A DNA stretch of 64,000 bases from Laspinema olomoucense D3b (GCF_025370785.1 NZ_JAMXFA010000001.1:171902-235901); one strand, 5' to 3'. Counted from the stretch's first letter, positions 8,031 through 19,370 are shown. Made by a program: numbers and translations. The notes: generated from the sequence alone by a model not told the origin.

Positions 8031-11000
8031 ATGAATGGATTCAGCATCAGTGCAACCGCAATTCGCCAGCATATTGGCACCTTAGCCCTTACCACCACGG
8101 CGATCGTCCTGGGGGTATTCTTTCTCACTTCGATTCAAGTGGATCTGCTTCCCGCCATTACCTATCCTCGGATTGGACTGCGCCTGGATGCGCCGGGAAT
8201 CTCCCCTGAAGTGGCGATCGAAGAAATTACTAAACCCTTAGAAGAGGCCCTGAGTACCACCGAAGGGGTGGTGCAGGTTTATTCCCAAACCCGGGAAGGT
8301 CGAGTCAGTGTCGATTTATTCTTTGAGCCCGGAGGAAATGTGGATCTCGCCTTGAATGAGGCCACTGCTGCCTTTAACCGCGCCCAAGGACGTCTCCCGG
8401 AGGTGGTGGACTCCCCCCGATTATTTAAGGTAGACCCCTCTCAGTCTCCGGTTTATGAGTTTGCGTTACAGTCGGCGTCCCTACAAGATGTGGATTTGCG
8501 GGTCTTTGCCGATGAGGAGTTAGCCCGAGAGTTAGGGGTGGTGCCCGGTGTGGCAGCGGTGGATGTTTCTGGGGGAATCACCGAAGAGATTCAGGTTCGC
8601 ATTGATCCAGTGCGATTGCAATCATTCGGACTGGGGTTAACGCAGGTTTTAAATGAGTTGCGCGATCGCAATATTGATGTAGCTGGGGGTCGGTTATCCG
8701 GCGGGAGTGAAGAGCCCCTGACTCGCGCCCGGGGCCGATTTGAATCCGCTGAGGAAATTGCTAATCTTTCGTTTGAAATTCCCAATCAAGGCCGAGTCTA
8801 TCTCCGGGACTTTGCCGATATCATCGATGGCACTGCCGAACGGCTGGTGCGGGTCACCCTGAATGGCGAACCCGCCGTCAAAGTGAGCATTCAAAAACAA
8901 CCGGATGCCAATACGATTACGGCAGTAGAGGGGGTCAAACAACGACTAGAACAGTTGCGTCAGTCCGGGTTAATTCCCCCAGATATGGAAATTTATCCGA
9001 CTTTAGATGAGTCGGTTTTTATTAGAAATTCCATTTCTAATGTGGTGGTCTCCGGGTTGACTGGGGCGGGACTCGCGGCCCTGGCAGTGTTCCTGTTTTT
9101 AGGTTCGATTCGCCAAACGGTGATTATTGTCTTATCCATTCCCTTGGCCACCCTAAGTTCCATTGCCTTAATGCAAATGTTTGGTCTCTCCCTGAATGTG
9201 TTTAGTTTAGGGGGATTGGCCCTGGGGGTCGGGATTGTGGTAGACAATGCGATCGTCATGTTGGAAACCATTGCCGAAGGGGTGGGGATGACACCGGGGA
9301 AAAGTCAGCAAAATCAACGGCTGACCTCTTCCAAGGCGATCGCCCAAGCGGAAGCCAGCAGTCGGTCTATCGAGTCTGCCTTACTCGCCTCAACCACCAC
9401 TAACCTCGTCTCCGTCTTACCCTTCTTACTCATTGGTGGCCTATTTTCGCTCTTATTTAGCGAACTCATTTTAACCATTAGTTTTGCTGTTGCCTCCTCC
9501 TTACTGGTTGCCTTAACCGTGGTTCCGATGTTGACCTCGCGCTTATTAGCCATTCCCTATACCAGCGGATTAAGTCAATTTTTTCTACTCCGGGCATTTA
9601 ATGCCGGATTTAATGGATTTACTCGCCTTTATCAATGGATTTTAAAATGGGTTTTACGGCTGCGAGTGATAGTGATTGCCCTGGCTATCATCGTTTTAGG
9701 AAGCGGGAGTTTTTGGTTAGCTGGAGGACTTCCCCAGGAAATTTTACCGGAGATTAATACGGGCCAAGCTCGCTTATTTGCCCAGTTCCCTCCGAATACG
9801 ACATTGGCTCAAAACCTGAAAATTATGGCAAAGGTTGATGAGATTTTACTGGCTCAACCGGAAACTCTAAATGCCTTTACCACCGCTGGGGGCTTTCTTT
9901 TTGGTACCAGTGTCTCCCCGAATCCTCTGCGGGGTTCCAGTACCGTTACCTTGAAACCGGGTACAGATATTGACGCTTTTATTACCCGCGCCAGTGCGGA
10001 ATTTGAAAAGCTGAATCTGGTGGATGCTCGCCTGCGAATGAGTCCCGAAAGTGTCCGGGGGATTATTCTGACAAATTCCCCAGTTCGTGCTGAGTTGGAT
10101 GTTACGTTACAAGGTACGGATGTTCAGGCTTTGGAACAAGCGGGGAAAGAAGTTTTAGCGGCATTAGATGAACAAGCTACTTTAGCAAGTTTTCGTCCCG
10201 ATGCGGACTCTCAACAAACTGAATTACAAATTCGTCCAGATTGGGTGCGGGCCTCCGAATATGGGTTGTCGGTAAATGACATTGGGGCAGCGATTCAAAC
10301 GGCAATTCAAGGGGCAGTTCCCACTCAACTCCAACGGGGCGATCGCCTGGTTGATATTCGCGTTACCTTACCCGATAATATGGTCCAACGGGTCTCTCAG
10401 TTAGAACAATTACCCCTGTTAGTGGGCAATAATCGGTCAATTCGCTTGCAGGATATCGCCACGGTAGAACGCGGACAGGCACCGGGAGAAATTCAACGGA
10501 TTAATCAGCGTCAGGTGTTTATTATTGGCGGTTCTTTGACCGAAGGTGCAACCCTAGGACAAGCAAATGCCGAGATTGCTGAAGTCCTAGCAGGCATCGA
10601 TTTTCCTCCAGGGGTGAGTGTGGTTCCTTCTTCTTCGGCGCAAACCAATCAAGAGTTACAAGACTCTCTCAAGCTGTTAGGAGGATTAGCCTCCTTTCTA
10701 GTCTTTGTGGTGATGGCGGTCCAGTACAATTCCCTCATTGATCCATTAGTTATTATGCTAACGGTTCCCTTAGCATTAGCGGGGGGAATTGTCGGACTTT
10801 ATGTCACCGAAACCCCGGTGGGGGCAACGGTATTAGTCGGGGCGATTCTGTTAGTGGGGATTGTGGTAAATAATGCCATTCTTATGGTAGAGTTTGCCAA
10901 CCAAATATATAAAGAAGAAGGAATTAACCGACGGCAAGCTATCTTGAAAGCAGCCCCCCAACGCTTGCGACCGATTTTGATGACAACCATCACCACGGTG

Positions 11001-11273
11001 TTGGGAATGTTGCCTCTGGCGTTAGGCATGGGGGAAGGGGGGGAATTTTTACAACCCTTGGGGGTGGTGGTGTTCTCTGGGTTATCCTTAGCGACGGTTC
11101 TAACGTTGTTTATTATTCCCTGTTTTTATACCTTGCTTCATGACATCTTCGGGGGCCGACGTCCGCCTTTAAGTCCGGATCAACTGGAAACGGTGTTCCA
11201 GGAGTCTCCCGATTTGGACAATGTGCCATCTCCTTCTGGGGTGGACTGGCGCGGTCCTGAACCGGGGGTTTAA
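8031..11273 (+). CDS. RND efflux transporter permease (AcrB/AcrD/AcrF family)
   Basis: 1080 aa protein with 12 TM segments and two large periplasmic loops. It has the conserved AcrB-family motifs GxxVDxAIVMxE and VxNAILMVEF, and sits directly downstream of the adaptor gene. Confidence 0.9.
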   Translation: MNGFSISATAIRQHIGTLALTTTAIVLGVFFLTSIQVDLLPAITYPRIGLRLDAPGISPEVAIEEITKPLEEALSTTEGVVQVYSQTREGRVSVDLFFEPGGNVDLALNEATAAFNRAQGRLPEVVDSPRLFKVDPSQSPVYEFALQSASLQDVDLRVFADEELARELGVVPGVAAVDVSGGITEEIQVRIDPVRLQSFGLGLTQVLNELRDRNIDVAGGRLSGGSEEPLTRARGRFESAEEIANLSFEIPNQGRVYLRDFADIIDGTAERLVRVTLNGEPAVKVSIQKQPDANTITAVEGVKQRLEQLRQSGLIPPDMEIYPTLDESVFIRNSISNVVVSGLTGAGLAALAVFLFLGSIRQTVIIVLSIPLATLSSIALMQMFGLSLNVFSLGGLALGVGIVVDNAIVMLETIAEGVGMTPGKSQQNQRLTSSKAIAQAEASSRSIESALLASTTTNLVSVLPFLLIGGLFSLLFSELILTISFAVASSLLVALTVVPMLTSRLLAIPYTSGLSQFFLLRAFNAGFNGFTRLYQWILKWVLRLRVIVIALAIIVLGSGSFWLAGGLPQEILPEINTGQARLFAQFPPNTTLAQNLKIMAKVDEILLAQPETLNAFTTAGGFLFGTSVSPNPLRGSSTVTLKPGTDIDAFITRASAEFEKLNLVDARLRMSPESVRGIILTNSPVRAELDVTLQGTDVQALEQAGKEVLAALDEQATLASFRPDADSQQTELQIRPDWVRASEYGLSVNDIGAAIQTAIQGAVPTQLQRGDRLVDIRVTLPDNMVQRVSQLEQLPLLVGNNRSIRLQDIATVERGQAPGEIQRINQRQVFIIGGSLTEGATLGQANAEIAEVLAGIDFPPGVSVVPSSSAQTNQELQDSLKLLGGLASFLVFVVMAVQYNSLIDPLVIMLTVPLALAGGIVGLYVTETPVGATVLVGAILLVGIVVNNAILMVEFANQIYKEEGINRRQAILKAAPQRLRPILMTTITTVLGMLPLALGMGEGGEFLQPLGVVVFSGLSLATVLTLFIIPCFYTLLHDIFGGRRPPLSPDQLETVFQESPDLDNVPSPSGVDWRGPEPGV

Positions 11274-11351
11274 TACCAAATCCGGTACTGATAGTAAAAA
11301 CCCCCAGGCTCAAGCCTGGGGCTATACGGACAAAGCCTGCCTACGCAGGCT
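11273..11351. repeat. MITE-like dispersed repeat, partial copy C (left end, core and hairpin)
   Basis: The sequence ataccaaatccggtactgatagtaaaaacccccaggctcaagcctggggctatacggacaaagcctgcctacgcaggct has no recognisable right-hand terminal repeat. It begins at the stop of the RND gene. Confidence 0.6.
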
Positions 11352-11431
11352 AAAACCCCCTTTCCTCGTGACTGGGTTCTACCCAGTCACGCTCTCCATG
11401 AGGCTCTGCCTCCAGTCTCTCACAGAGGCGC

Positions 11432-12142
11432 TTAAGCCAAGTCAAACAATAGCACTTCTGCTTCTTCAGACCCTACTAGGGTAAGGGTTTCTGGCGCGGA
11501 ACAGGCGACCCCATCGCCAGTTTTCAAGGGGAGGTCATTGAGGGTCAGCGTACCCCGGGCGACTTGTACCCAAGCATGACGGTTGGGGGGAATGTCATAC
11601 ACCACGCGATCGCCTTTGTGCAGGATGGTGGCATACAGGTTCAAATCCTGATGAATGGTGACGGAACCCTCCCGACCATCTGAGGACCCGATTAACCGCA
11701 ATTGGCCGCGTTTTTCTGCCTCGGAATAGTGTTTTTGTTCATAGGAGGGGACTCGTCCTTGTTGGCCCGGTAACATCCAAATTTGCAGCAGATGCACGGA
11801 TTCGGTTCGGGAATGATTAAACTCACTATGTGCGACTCCGGTTCCCGCACTCATCCGTTGAACTTCCCCGGGAAGAATAACGGAAGTGTTTCCCATGCTA
11901 TCTTTATGTTCTAACGCCCCTTCTAGTATATAGGTGACGATTTCCATATCCCGGTGAGAATGGGTGGGAAAGCCACCTCCGCCACTCACCCAGTCCTGGT
12001 TAATCACCCGCAGCGCACGAAATCCCATGTACTGAGGGTCGTAATAGTTGGCAAAGGAAAAGCTATAGTTGGTTTTGAGCCAGCCATAATTGCCTTGTCC
12101 CCGTTCTTCTGCTTTGCGTAGGGTTAACATGGGTTCCTCCAA
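11432..12142 (-). CDS. Pirin family protein (cupin)
   Basis: 236 aa protein with the characteristic pirin N-terminal motifs (GFPTHSHRDMEIVTYILEG...HKDSMGN) and bicupin architecture. Confidence 0.85.
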   Translation of the reverse strand: MEEPMLTLRKAEERGQGNYGWLKTNYSFSFANYYDPQYMGFRALRVINQDWVSGGGGFPTHSHRDMEIVTYILEGALEHKDSMGNTSVILPGEVQRMSAGTGVAHSEFNHSRTESVHLLQIWMLPGQQGRVPSYEQKHYSEAEKRGQLRLIGSSDGREGSVTIHQDLNLYATILHKGDRVVYDIPPNRHAWVQVARGTLTLNDLPLKTGDGVACSAPETLTLVGSEEAEVLLFDLA

Positions 12143-12208
12143 TGCGATCGCGACAGGTTTTATGGAATTTAGATGCTTTAGTTATTACTTACTTTAGAAT
12201 GGGTAAAG

Positions 12209-12595
12209 TTGATTTGTAAAGTATGCACTTTTAAGTGGGTTAGTACCCAAAAAGTAACAATGGAAGCAAAAGCGGAAGGCAAAAAACAAGTGGGATGTCC
12301 GGTGGAAACCACTTTAGCGATTATTGGGGGACGATGGAAAGTCTTGATTTTGCAAGAGCTATTTTCGGGGGTAAAACGATTTGGAGAACTGCATCGGGCG
12401 TTAGATGGAATTACTCAAAAAATGCTGACTCAGCAATTGCGGGAACTAGAACGGGATGGGATGATTAACCGGATGGTTTATGCTCAGGTTCCGCCGAAAG
12501 TGGAGTATTCTTTAACAGAATTTGGGATGACTCTCAAACCGATTTTAGATACGATGCACGAGTGGGGGGTACGATTTGAGCAAGAACATCCCTGA
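12209..12595 (+). CDS. HxlR-family winged-helix transcriptional regulator
   Basis: Carries the HxlR signature CPVExTLxxIGGRWKxLIL...GxxRFxEL. An alternative start at 12260 (MEAKAEGKK) is possible. It is divergent from the pirin gene. Confidence 0.85.
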   Translation: MICKVCTFKWVSTQKVTMEAKAEGKKQVGCPVETTLAIIGGRWKVLILQELFSGVKRFGELHRALDGITQKMLTQQLRELERDGMINRMVYAQVPPKVEYSLTEFGMTLKPILDTMHEWGVRFEQEHP

Positions 12596-15058
12596 TTAAG
12601 CACAAACGACTCGATTTCGCCCGCCCGCTTTGGCGACATAGAGGGCTTCGTCGGCATTGGCAATCAGTTGAGCGGGAGTGGTTTCAGGAGTGGGAATCAG
12701 GGTAGCAACTCCTACACTCATGGTGATGTAAGGACTCACTGGGGATTTAGTATGGGGAATCTGTAAGGCAGCGACTTGAGTCCGAATTCGTTCGGCGAGT
12801 TCTAAGGCGTTTTTAAGGTCCGTATTGGGCAAAACAGCAGCAAATTCCTCTCCGCCATATCGGGCGATTAGTTCGATTTTGGGGTTGATACATTGACGCA
12901 GGGCTGCTGCCACTCGTTGGAGGCACTCATCACCGGCTTGATGTCCGTAGGTATCGTTATAGGGTTTGAAGTAGTCGATATCGCACAAAATGAGGGAGAG
13001 GGGATCTTGTGCCTCTCTTCGCCACTCGTGATTGAAAAATTCATCAAAACAACGGCGGTTGGCGACTTGAGTTAAGCCATCGAGAGAGGCAAGGCGGTGT
13101 AATTCTTGATTAGCGGCTTGCAATTGTTCAAAGAGGGTGGATTGTTGGATGGCGATCGCCACCTGGGTGGCTAATTGTTGAAGAAACTCCGTTTCCCAAT
13201 TCTGCCACTGCCTTGGACCTTGGCAGTGATGAGCAATCAGCAATCCCCAGAGTTGGTTGTTATTCCCGGAGGAATTTTCTACCCAGTCCTCCTCAGAGTG
13301 GGCTTGAAGATCTTCATTTAATAAAATGGGGACGACTAAATTGGCTTTAACTTGAAACTGGGTGAGTAAATTCCGATGACAGGGACTGATGGGTTCGGTA
13401 TAAATATCCGCAGTTGCTTTCAGCCGCCCTTTTTTATAGAGTTCGGCATGAGTTTCCCCAAAGCAAGGGTCGAGTATGGTGAGGTTGAGAATTTCTCGGA
13501 CTCCATTGCTACAGGATTCTACGACAATTTTGCCACTCCAATCTGGGTAAAAGCGATAAATAATCACGCGATCGGTATTTAAAAATTGTCGCACTTCGGC
13601 AACAGTGGTGTTGAGAATTTCTTGCAGATTGAGAGAAGAACGAATGCGATCGCGCATGGCAGACATGACTTGTTCCCGTTCTAGCTGCAATTGCAAGGCT
13701 TCTTGGGCCTCAACTCGGCTAGTAATATCCCGTAAAATGACGGTAAACAGTCGTTCTGAACCGACTTCTAATTTGGAAATCGAGGCTTCTGCGGGAAATT
13801 GACTGCCATCTTTGCGGCGTCCGAAGACTTGCGATCTCGTCCCCATTGTCCGGGATACTTCCGGGGTGTAGCGGAAATTTTCAATATACTGGCGATGCTT
13901 CTGACGCAGATTTTCCGGTAACAGCAGATCTAGGGGTTGTCCCATCACCTCGGCTGCACTATAACCAAAGATTTTCTCGGCCCCTTGGTTAAATAGCTGT
14001 ATCCGGTGAGTTTCGTCAATGGAAATAATCGCATCGTCGGCACTATCGAGAACCCCCGCCAAACGTGCTTGAGACAGGCGCAGGGCCGCCTCTGTATGTT
14101 GTCGTTCTAAAATTTCCCGTCGTAAGTGCTCATTGGCCTGTTGTAGTTCCGTTGTGCGTTCTTCGACTAATCCCTGCAATGCAGCGATCGCTGCATCGAT
14201 TTCAATCGGTGTACATCCTTGCAGTAAACTGGTTTGGGTGATAATTCCCTGTAACCCCTCCCCCTGATCGGCAACAATCAATCGTCGGACTCGATACTCG
14301 CGCATTAACCGATGAGCAGTCCATAGACAATCTGTCGGTTGCACCAGCAACAGGGGCGAACTCATGACATCGGCAGCAGTCAGTTTTCTCAGATTGAGTT
14401 CTAATGCCTGTAGCTGGAGGATATCCCGTTCTGTGACGATTCCGATGGGGATAGGTAGGGGCGGTAGTTCTGAGGTTCGCTTTGCGTCGTCCCTGGGGCG
14501 ATTCTGGGCGATCGCCACGCAACTGACCCGATGGATGTTCATTAAGGTGGCTAATTCAAACACCGATGCCGAGGGGGATGCTGTAATAACTTTGGGGTTC
14601 ATCACTTCAACGACTCGCCTCAAGCGCATCCAATCGGCGGGTTGGATAATTTCCCGAATACTTTGGTAAGTAATCGTCCCGAGTAATTTCTCATCAGGAT
14701 CCACGATGGGCAAATGGCGAATCTGTTTCTGACGCAACAAATCCAGGAGGTTGACGAGATTGGGAAGATGCTCCTCCTGTAGGATAAACGGCCTAGGGGT
14801 CATTAATGCAGAAATCGGTTGTTTACTAAACGCTTTGGTGAATGGCTCTATTTCGCGATCGCCACTCTGTGCCGTCAATTTCACCACATCCCGTTCCGTA
14901 AATATACCCAGTATTTTATCGGCTTCGACAATGATCGCGCAGCTCGATTTTATCTGGCTCATCAGCACGATCGCCGAGCTCACTGGAGTATCTGGCGTGA
15001 CGGTTAACGGATTGCGGTCAATGGCTAAATGTACAGAAAAGGCGGTACTTTCAAGCAT
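12596..15058 (-). CDS. Multidomain signalling protein CBS x4-PAS-GAF-GGDEF (diguanylate cyclase)
   Basis: The N-terminal ~300 aa hold four CBS-pair motifs. These are followed by a PAS domain (DDAIISIDETHRIQLFNQGAEKIFGY), a GAF-like region, and a C-terminal GGDEF domain with an intact GGEEF active-site motif (RYGGEEFAAVL). Confidence 0.85.
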   Translation of the reverse strand: MLESTAFSVHLAIDRNPLTVTPDTPVSSAIVLMSQIKSSCAIIVEADKILGIFTERDVVKLTAQSGDREIEPFTKAFSKQPISALMTPRPFILQEEHLPNLVNLLDLLRQKQIRHLPIVDPDEKLLGTITYQSIREIIQPADWMRLRRVVEVMNPKVITASPSASVFELATLMNIHRVSCVAIAQNRPRDDAKRTSELPPLPIPIGIVTERDILQLQALELNLRKLTAADVMSSPLLLVQPTDCLWTAHRLMREYRVRRLIVADQGEGLQGIITQTSLLQGCTPIEIDAAIAALQGLVEERTTELQQANEHLRREILERQHTEAALRLSQARLAGVLDSADDAIISIDETHRIQLFNQGAEKIFGYSAAEVMGQPLDLLLPENLRQKHRQYIENFRYTPEVSRTMGTRSQVFGRRKDGSQFPAEASISKLEVGSERLFTVILRDITSRVEAQEALQLQLEREQVMSAMRDRIRSSLNLQEILNTTVAEVRQFLNTDRVIIYRFYPDWSGKIVVESCSNGVREILNLTILDPCFGETHAELYKKGRLKATADIYTEPISPCHRNLLTQFQVKANLVVPILLNEDLQAHSEEDWVENSSGNNNQLWGLLIAHHCQGPRQWQNWETEFLQQLATQVAIAIQQSTLFEQLQAANQELHRLASLDGLTQVANRRCFDEFFNHEWRREAQDPLSLILCDIDYFKPYNDTYGHQAGDECLQRVAAALRQCINPKIELIARYGGEEFAAVLPNTDLKNALELAERIRTQVAALQIPHTKSPVSPYITMSVGVATLIPTPETTPAQLIANADEALYVAKAGGRNRVVCA

Positions 15059-15431
15059 AAATTAAAGGCATTTAATAATTCGGCGCAGTGTCTTCCTCAA
15101 TTGCAGGGTTTATCTTGACTTATCCTTGGTTGTTTGGGAAGGCTTACGAAAATTGAGGTCTAATCTCTTAATTCTCTAGTGATATTGTATTACTCCAGAG
15201 GTACCTTTCTGCCCTAGGGCTGTCCTATTGTTGCTTGTCCAATCCGAACTCTAGGTCTGTTTATAGAGTCTAGTCCCTGAAAGCTCAAGCGCTTGATAGG
15301 GTAAATTTCCCCCCGGATACTACTATCCCGGGTCGTTCATCCCACCCGGAAGAGCTCCAACTCTGGGATTTTCCTCGGGTGCAATCGGCGATCGCCTTCA
15401 TCTTAACCACCCGTCACGGGAGATACTATCG

Positions 15432-16364
15432 TTGGAGAGGTCTCAAATGCGTAAAGTTCCACCCTTATTCCTCGCTGCTGCCACTACAGTTCTAATTTTT
15501 TTAATGGCACTGGTGTCCGCCTCGGCACAGTGGCGTCCCGTTAAAACGGGCATTCTTTTTGGTATTAGTGGCATCGCCTTAGTTGAACACTCTCTTGATG
15601 AGATGGGATGTCCCCCAGCCACTTGTTTTGTCATCGTCCATGACAATAAAAAAGAGGGAGACGGTCGTATTGCTATTTTATCGGTTCAGGGACAAAATTC
15701 TTTAAATTATTTACCCCTCCAGTGGCCTGATGGCGAAGAATGGCCTATCGATTTAGAGGCGATCGCCCTTGTCCCAGGTACTGAAGACTCGGCTTTTATG
15801 GCAGTCACCAGTTTAGGTCGCGTCTATTATTTCACCCTCGATTCTACCGGAACGATTCAACTGCGCCAAATCTTTTCTCTTCCCAATTTGCCCGACAATA
15901 CTAATTTAGAAGGCTTTGATTTACACCTCATTGATGGAAAATTGCTAGGTGTTTGGGGTCATCGCGGTAGTCCCGATGATTCAGGGGTACTTTATTGGGG
16001 CTGGTTTGACTGGAACCGATACCAAATCTCGGGTCAAGGATCGGCAGTGATTACCGTTCCTTGGCCGCAGGAAGATGTTCGTCACATTAGTGATATAAAA
16101 ATTAGCAATGCTGGCATTCTCTATATCACTTCCTCTCGCGACCCCGGAGATGATGGGCCTTTTGATTCGGCAGTTTATGCTGCTGGACTGTTCTCAATGA
16201 AGGGCGATCAGGTGGAATTTCGTCCGGCTTCTTCTCTGGTTCCTCTCTATCGGGTTAATGGTCATAAAATAGAAGCCTTAGAATTTTTACCTGGCCTTTC
16301 GGGAGGCCAAATTTTAGGGGCTGATGATGAAAATCAAGGGTCATCTATTTATCTCAAGCGCTAA
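15432..16364 (+). CDS. Secreted hypothetical protein (possibly beta-propeller-like)
   Basis: A signal peptide follows a likely start at 15447 (MRKVPPLFLAAATTVLIFLMALVSASA). There is no recognisable catalytic motif. Repeated Gly/Asp-rich strands suggest a propeller fold. Confidence 0.5.
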   Translation: MERSQMRKVPPLFLAAATTVLIFLMALVSASAQWRPVKTGILFGISGIALVEHSLDEMGCPPATCFVIVHDNKKEGDGRIAILSVQGQNSLNYLPLQWPDGEEWPIDLEAIALVPGTEDSAFMAVTSLGRVYYFTLDSTGTIQLRQIFSLPNLPDNTNLEGFDLHLIDGKLLGVWGHRGSPDDSGVLYWGWFDWNRYQISGQGSAVITVPWPQEDVRHISDIKISNAGILYITSSRDPGDDGPFDSAVYAAGLFSMKGDQVEFRPASSLVPLYRVNGHKIEALEFLPGLSGGQILGADDENQGSSIYLKR

Positions 16365-16452
16365 GGCGGTTTAGGGGTGAGGATTGGGGATTTACCAGAT
16401 TTTTATGCTAAAATAAGTACAGGGATAAGATGAAATCCACCCCTGAACTATT

Positions 16453-16911
16453 ATGGCTATCACTCTGAACAAAGAACAGTTGCTCCACGAGATAGCACTC
16501 ATCGATCGCCGTCAAAAAAGTACCGTATTTTCTCCGGGAATCATTGGGAAAATTTTGGGAACTCCCCAATCTTGGAGAAGCCTCAAAAAAGACGAACTCA
16601 TCCAAGTTTTAGAGGCTTGGCATCATCTGTTAGAGTCCTGCCCTAAAACCAGTCATTGGGAAACCGTGGAGAGGGGCGATCGCCGGGTCTCTTTACTCGC
16701 TGACGGACAACCCTGGGTAGACTATTTTGGCTTCCCCTCTCTCAAGAGTGCGGAAACATTTTTAGAGCAAGTTTTACCCCATTGTGACTGGGCGATCGTG
16801 CGCAAAAGTGGAAAGCGCGTTAATGCCAGTTTTGAATGCAAAGTCTGGGGATTAACTCAGGATTACTTTGCGGCGATCGCCCCTCAACGGTTAGAAGTTT
16901 GTGCCCGATGA
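16453..16911 (+). CDS. Hypothetical protein
   Basis: 152 aa ORF with coding-like composition. No recognisable domain. Confidence 0.4.
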   Translation: MAITLNKEQLLHEIALIDRRQKSTVFSPGIIGKILGTPQSWRSLKKDELIQVLEAWHHLLESCPKTSHWETVERGDRRVSLLADGQPWVDYFGFPSLKSAETFLEQVLPHCDWAIVRKSGKRVNASFECKVWGLTQDYFAAIAPQRLEVCAR

Positions 16912-17147
16912 AGCATCAGGGTTTGAGTTGAAAATCTCCGTCTGATCACATCCGGTTCCCTCCTCTATGTCTTGGGGAGGGCGATCGGTTTCTACAACCT
17001 GACTTAAGGGGGTTGGGGTGAACAAACTGGTATTTTGCAAGAGAACGACAGCAAGTCGGGATGGTGAACTTAAGAAAAGGACGGAAATCGTTACTACCGA
17101 CTTAAGAAAAAACTGAAATTTAGGTGTTATTAGTTGTAATCGGGATA

Positions 17148-19370
17148 ATGAAATATAAGACAAAAACACAACCCAATCTTGCTAAAGATGCACCATTAGC
17201 AGCCCGGATGCGACCCCGGGTTTTGGAGGAATTTATAGGACAAGACCATATTTTAGGAGAGGGCCGGTTGTTGCGTCGGGCAATTCAGGCGGATCAACTC
17301 TCCTCTTTGATTTTTTATGGTCCTCCAGGGACCGGAAAAACGACCTTAGCGCGGGTAATTGCCAATAGTACCCAAGCCCAATTTATTGCTATTAATGCCG
17401 TGCTTTCTGGGGTGAAAGAGATTCGAGAGGCGATCGCCACTGCCCAACACCATCGCCAGGAATCGGCTCAACAGACGATTTTATTTGTAGATGAAGTGCA
17501 TCGGTTTAATAAATCCCAACAGGATGCGCTTTTACCTTGGGTAGAAAATGGTACAGTTATTCTGATTGGGGCAACCACAGAAAACCCCTATTTTGAAGTG
17601 AATAAAGCCTTAGTCAGCCGATCGCGAATTTTTCAACTGACTCCGCTGACTCCCACGGATTTACAGCACATTTGTGAGCAAACCTTAACGGATAGCGATC
17701 GCGGATATGGACATCTCAAGGTCCATCTGGATGCCGAGGCAAGGGCTCATCTCGTTGATGTTGCCAATGGCGACGCGCGATCGCTCTTAAATGCCTTAGA
17801 ATTAGCCGTGGAAACCACTCCCCCCGATGACACCAGCACAATTCACATCACCTTGCAGGTGGCGGAAGAATCCATCCAGAAACGGGCGGTTTTATATGAC
17901 AAGGAAGGGGATGCTCACTTTGATACCATCAGTGCTTTTATTAAAAGTTTACGCGGTTCCGACCCGGATGCAGCCCTGTACTGGTTAGCTAAAATGGTCT
18001 ATGCTGGGGAAGATCCGCGCTTTATCTTCCGGCGGATGTTGATTTTAGCCAGTGAGGATATTGGACTGGCGGATCCCTATGCCGTGGTAATTGTCAATGC
18101 TTGTGCAGAAAGCTTCGATCGCGTGGGAATGCCTGAAGGACGGTATCATTTAGCCCAAGCTGCATTATACTTAGCCACGGCTGCTAAATCTAACAGTATT
18201 ATGGGCTTTTTTGATGCCTTAGCAACCTTGGAAAAGGAACGGGAGGCAGAGGTTCCCAGCCATTTAAAGGATGCCAACCGGGATAAAAAGGGGTTCGGAC
18301 ATGGTGCGGGATATTTGTATCCTCACGCCTATCGAGATCATTGGGTGGAACAACAATATTTACCCCAAAGTTTGCAGGGACAGGTATTTTATCAACCGTC
18401 TAATCAGGGAAAAGAGGCCGAAATTGCCACCCAGGTAGCGCGACGGCGGGAAGCGCAGTTGGCGGCAATGGTGGAAGGGGTGGGGGTGGCCCCGGCAGAA
18501 GTTCTCACTTATGGTCCTACCGATCGCACTGCCGATCGCTGGTTGCAGCGCACTTTAGGACAAGTCGGTGATCGCCTCGGAGAGGTGCGCGATCGCCTGT
18601 TCGAGATGGCGCAAACCCAGCGGCATCATCTGATTTTGGATTTGAACGCCCAAAGTGGGTTACTCACTTGGGAGGCAGTCCGACGAGTCCCAGAAGGGGG
18701 AGTGTATGCGATCGCCCGTCAGGGGTCAGAAGTGAGGGCTTTAATGGAACAATCAGCGTCCCTGCCAGAATTAATGCGTCCGAGGGTGATGGCATCCTCT
18801 TTATCTCAAATCCGGCAAACCCTGGACAAACAAGCCACTGGAGTCAAATTTGACAGAATTCTGGGCAGAAATGCCTTGGTTCGGGAAGCAGATAAAATGG
18901 CGATCGCCGGGAGTTTAGCGTCTCTGCTGTCAGAGTCGGGATGGTTAGTGTTAGGGGAAACCCTGCCGCGTTATACTCAGCGCTTGTATCGGTTGTTAGG
19001 AGAGAAAGGACTCTCGGGGAATTTAGGCGATCGCCTGATGGCAGCAGAAGAGGCGATTTATCAAGACTCTACAGATCCGCTGGTGAATTGGGATGGGGAG
19101 GATTTGCAACAGTGTTTAGAATCCGTGGGGTTTCGGGTAAAGTTGCAAATCGAGCGATCGCACCAGGAATTACAGATCACCTCCGCTATGCTCGATCGCT
19201 GGTTTACTCCCTCGAAATCGGAAAAACCCAGCTATGGGGACAGATTGGCACAGAGTCTCTCGCTGACGGAGGTTCAGGCAGTAGCGGAGGCATTCCAACG
19301 CCATCTCCTCCATCAAACAGTGCAATGGGAAAGTGCGATCGTCTTCATCTGTGCAACCCTGGAGTTTTAG
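17148..19370 (+). CDS. rarA: Replication-associated recombination protein A (RarA/MgsA AAA+ ATPase) fused to a ~300 aa C-terminal domain of unknown function
   Basis: The N-terminal ~440 aa match RarA: Walker [10 protein letters not shown], Walker [13 protein letters not shown], sensor regions and the MgsA C-terminal helical domain ([30 protein letters not shown]). Ordinary RarA ends there. This ORF continues for ~300 aa more, including a Rossmann-like start [18 protein letters not shown]. The likely start is at 17148 (MKYKTKTQ). Confidence 0.8.
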   Translation: MKYKTKTQPNLAKDAPLAARMRPRVLEEFIGQDHILGEGRLLRRAIQADQLSSLIFYGPPGTGKTTLARVIANSTQAQFIAINAVLSGVKEIREAIATAQHHRQESAQQTILFVDEVHRFNKSQQDALLPWVENGTVILIGATTENPYFEVNKALVSRSRIFQLTPLTPTDLQHICEQTLTDSDRGYGHLKVHLDAEARAHLVDVANGDARSLLNALELAVETTPPDDTSTIHITLQVAEESIQKRAVLYDKEGDAHFDTISAFIKSLRGSDPDAALYWLAKMVYAGEDPRFIFRRMLILASEDIGLADPYAVVIVNACAESFDRVGMPEGRYHLAQAALYLATAAKSNSIMGFFDALATLEKEREAEVPSHLKDANRDKKGFGHGAGYLYPHAYRDHWVEQQYLPQSLQGQVFYQPSNQGKEAEIATQVARRREAQLAAMVEGVGVAPAEVLTYGPTDRTADRWLQRTLGQVGDRLGEVRDRLFEMAQTQRHHLILDLNAQSGLLTWEAVRRVPEGGVYAIARQGSEVRALMEQSASLPELMRPRVMASSLSQIRQTLDKQATGVKFDRILGRNALVREADKMAIAGSLASLLSESGWLVLGETLPRYTQRLYRLLGEKGLSGNLGDRLMAAEEAIYQDSTDPLVNWDGEDLQQCLESVGFRVKLQIERSHQELQITSAMLDRWFTPSKSEKPSYGDRLAQSLSLTEVQAVAEAFQRHLLHQTVQWESAIVFICATLEF

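Noticed and set aside
11365-11388. Perfect inverted repeat gtgactgggt-tcta-cccagtcac between the RND pump and pirin genes, considered as a terminator
   Set aside because: No U-tract follows it on either strand. It may still be an RNA stem or protein-binding palindrome, but cannot be called a terminator from sequence.
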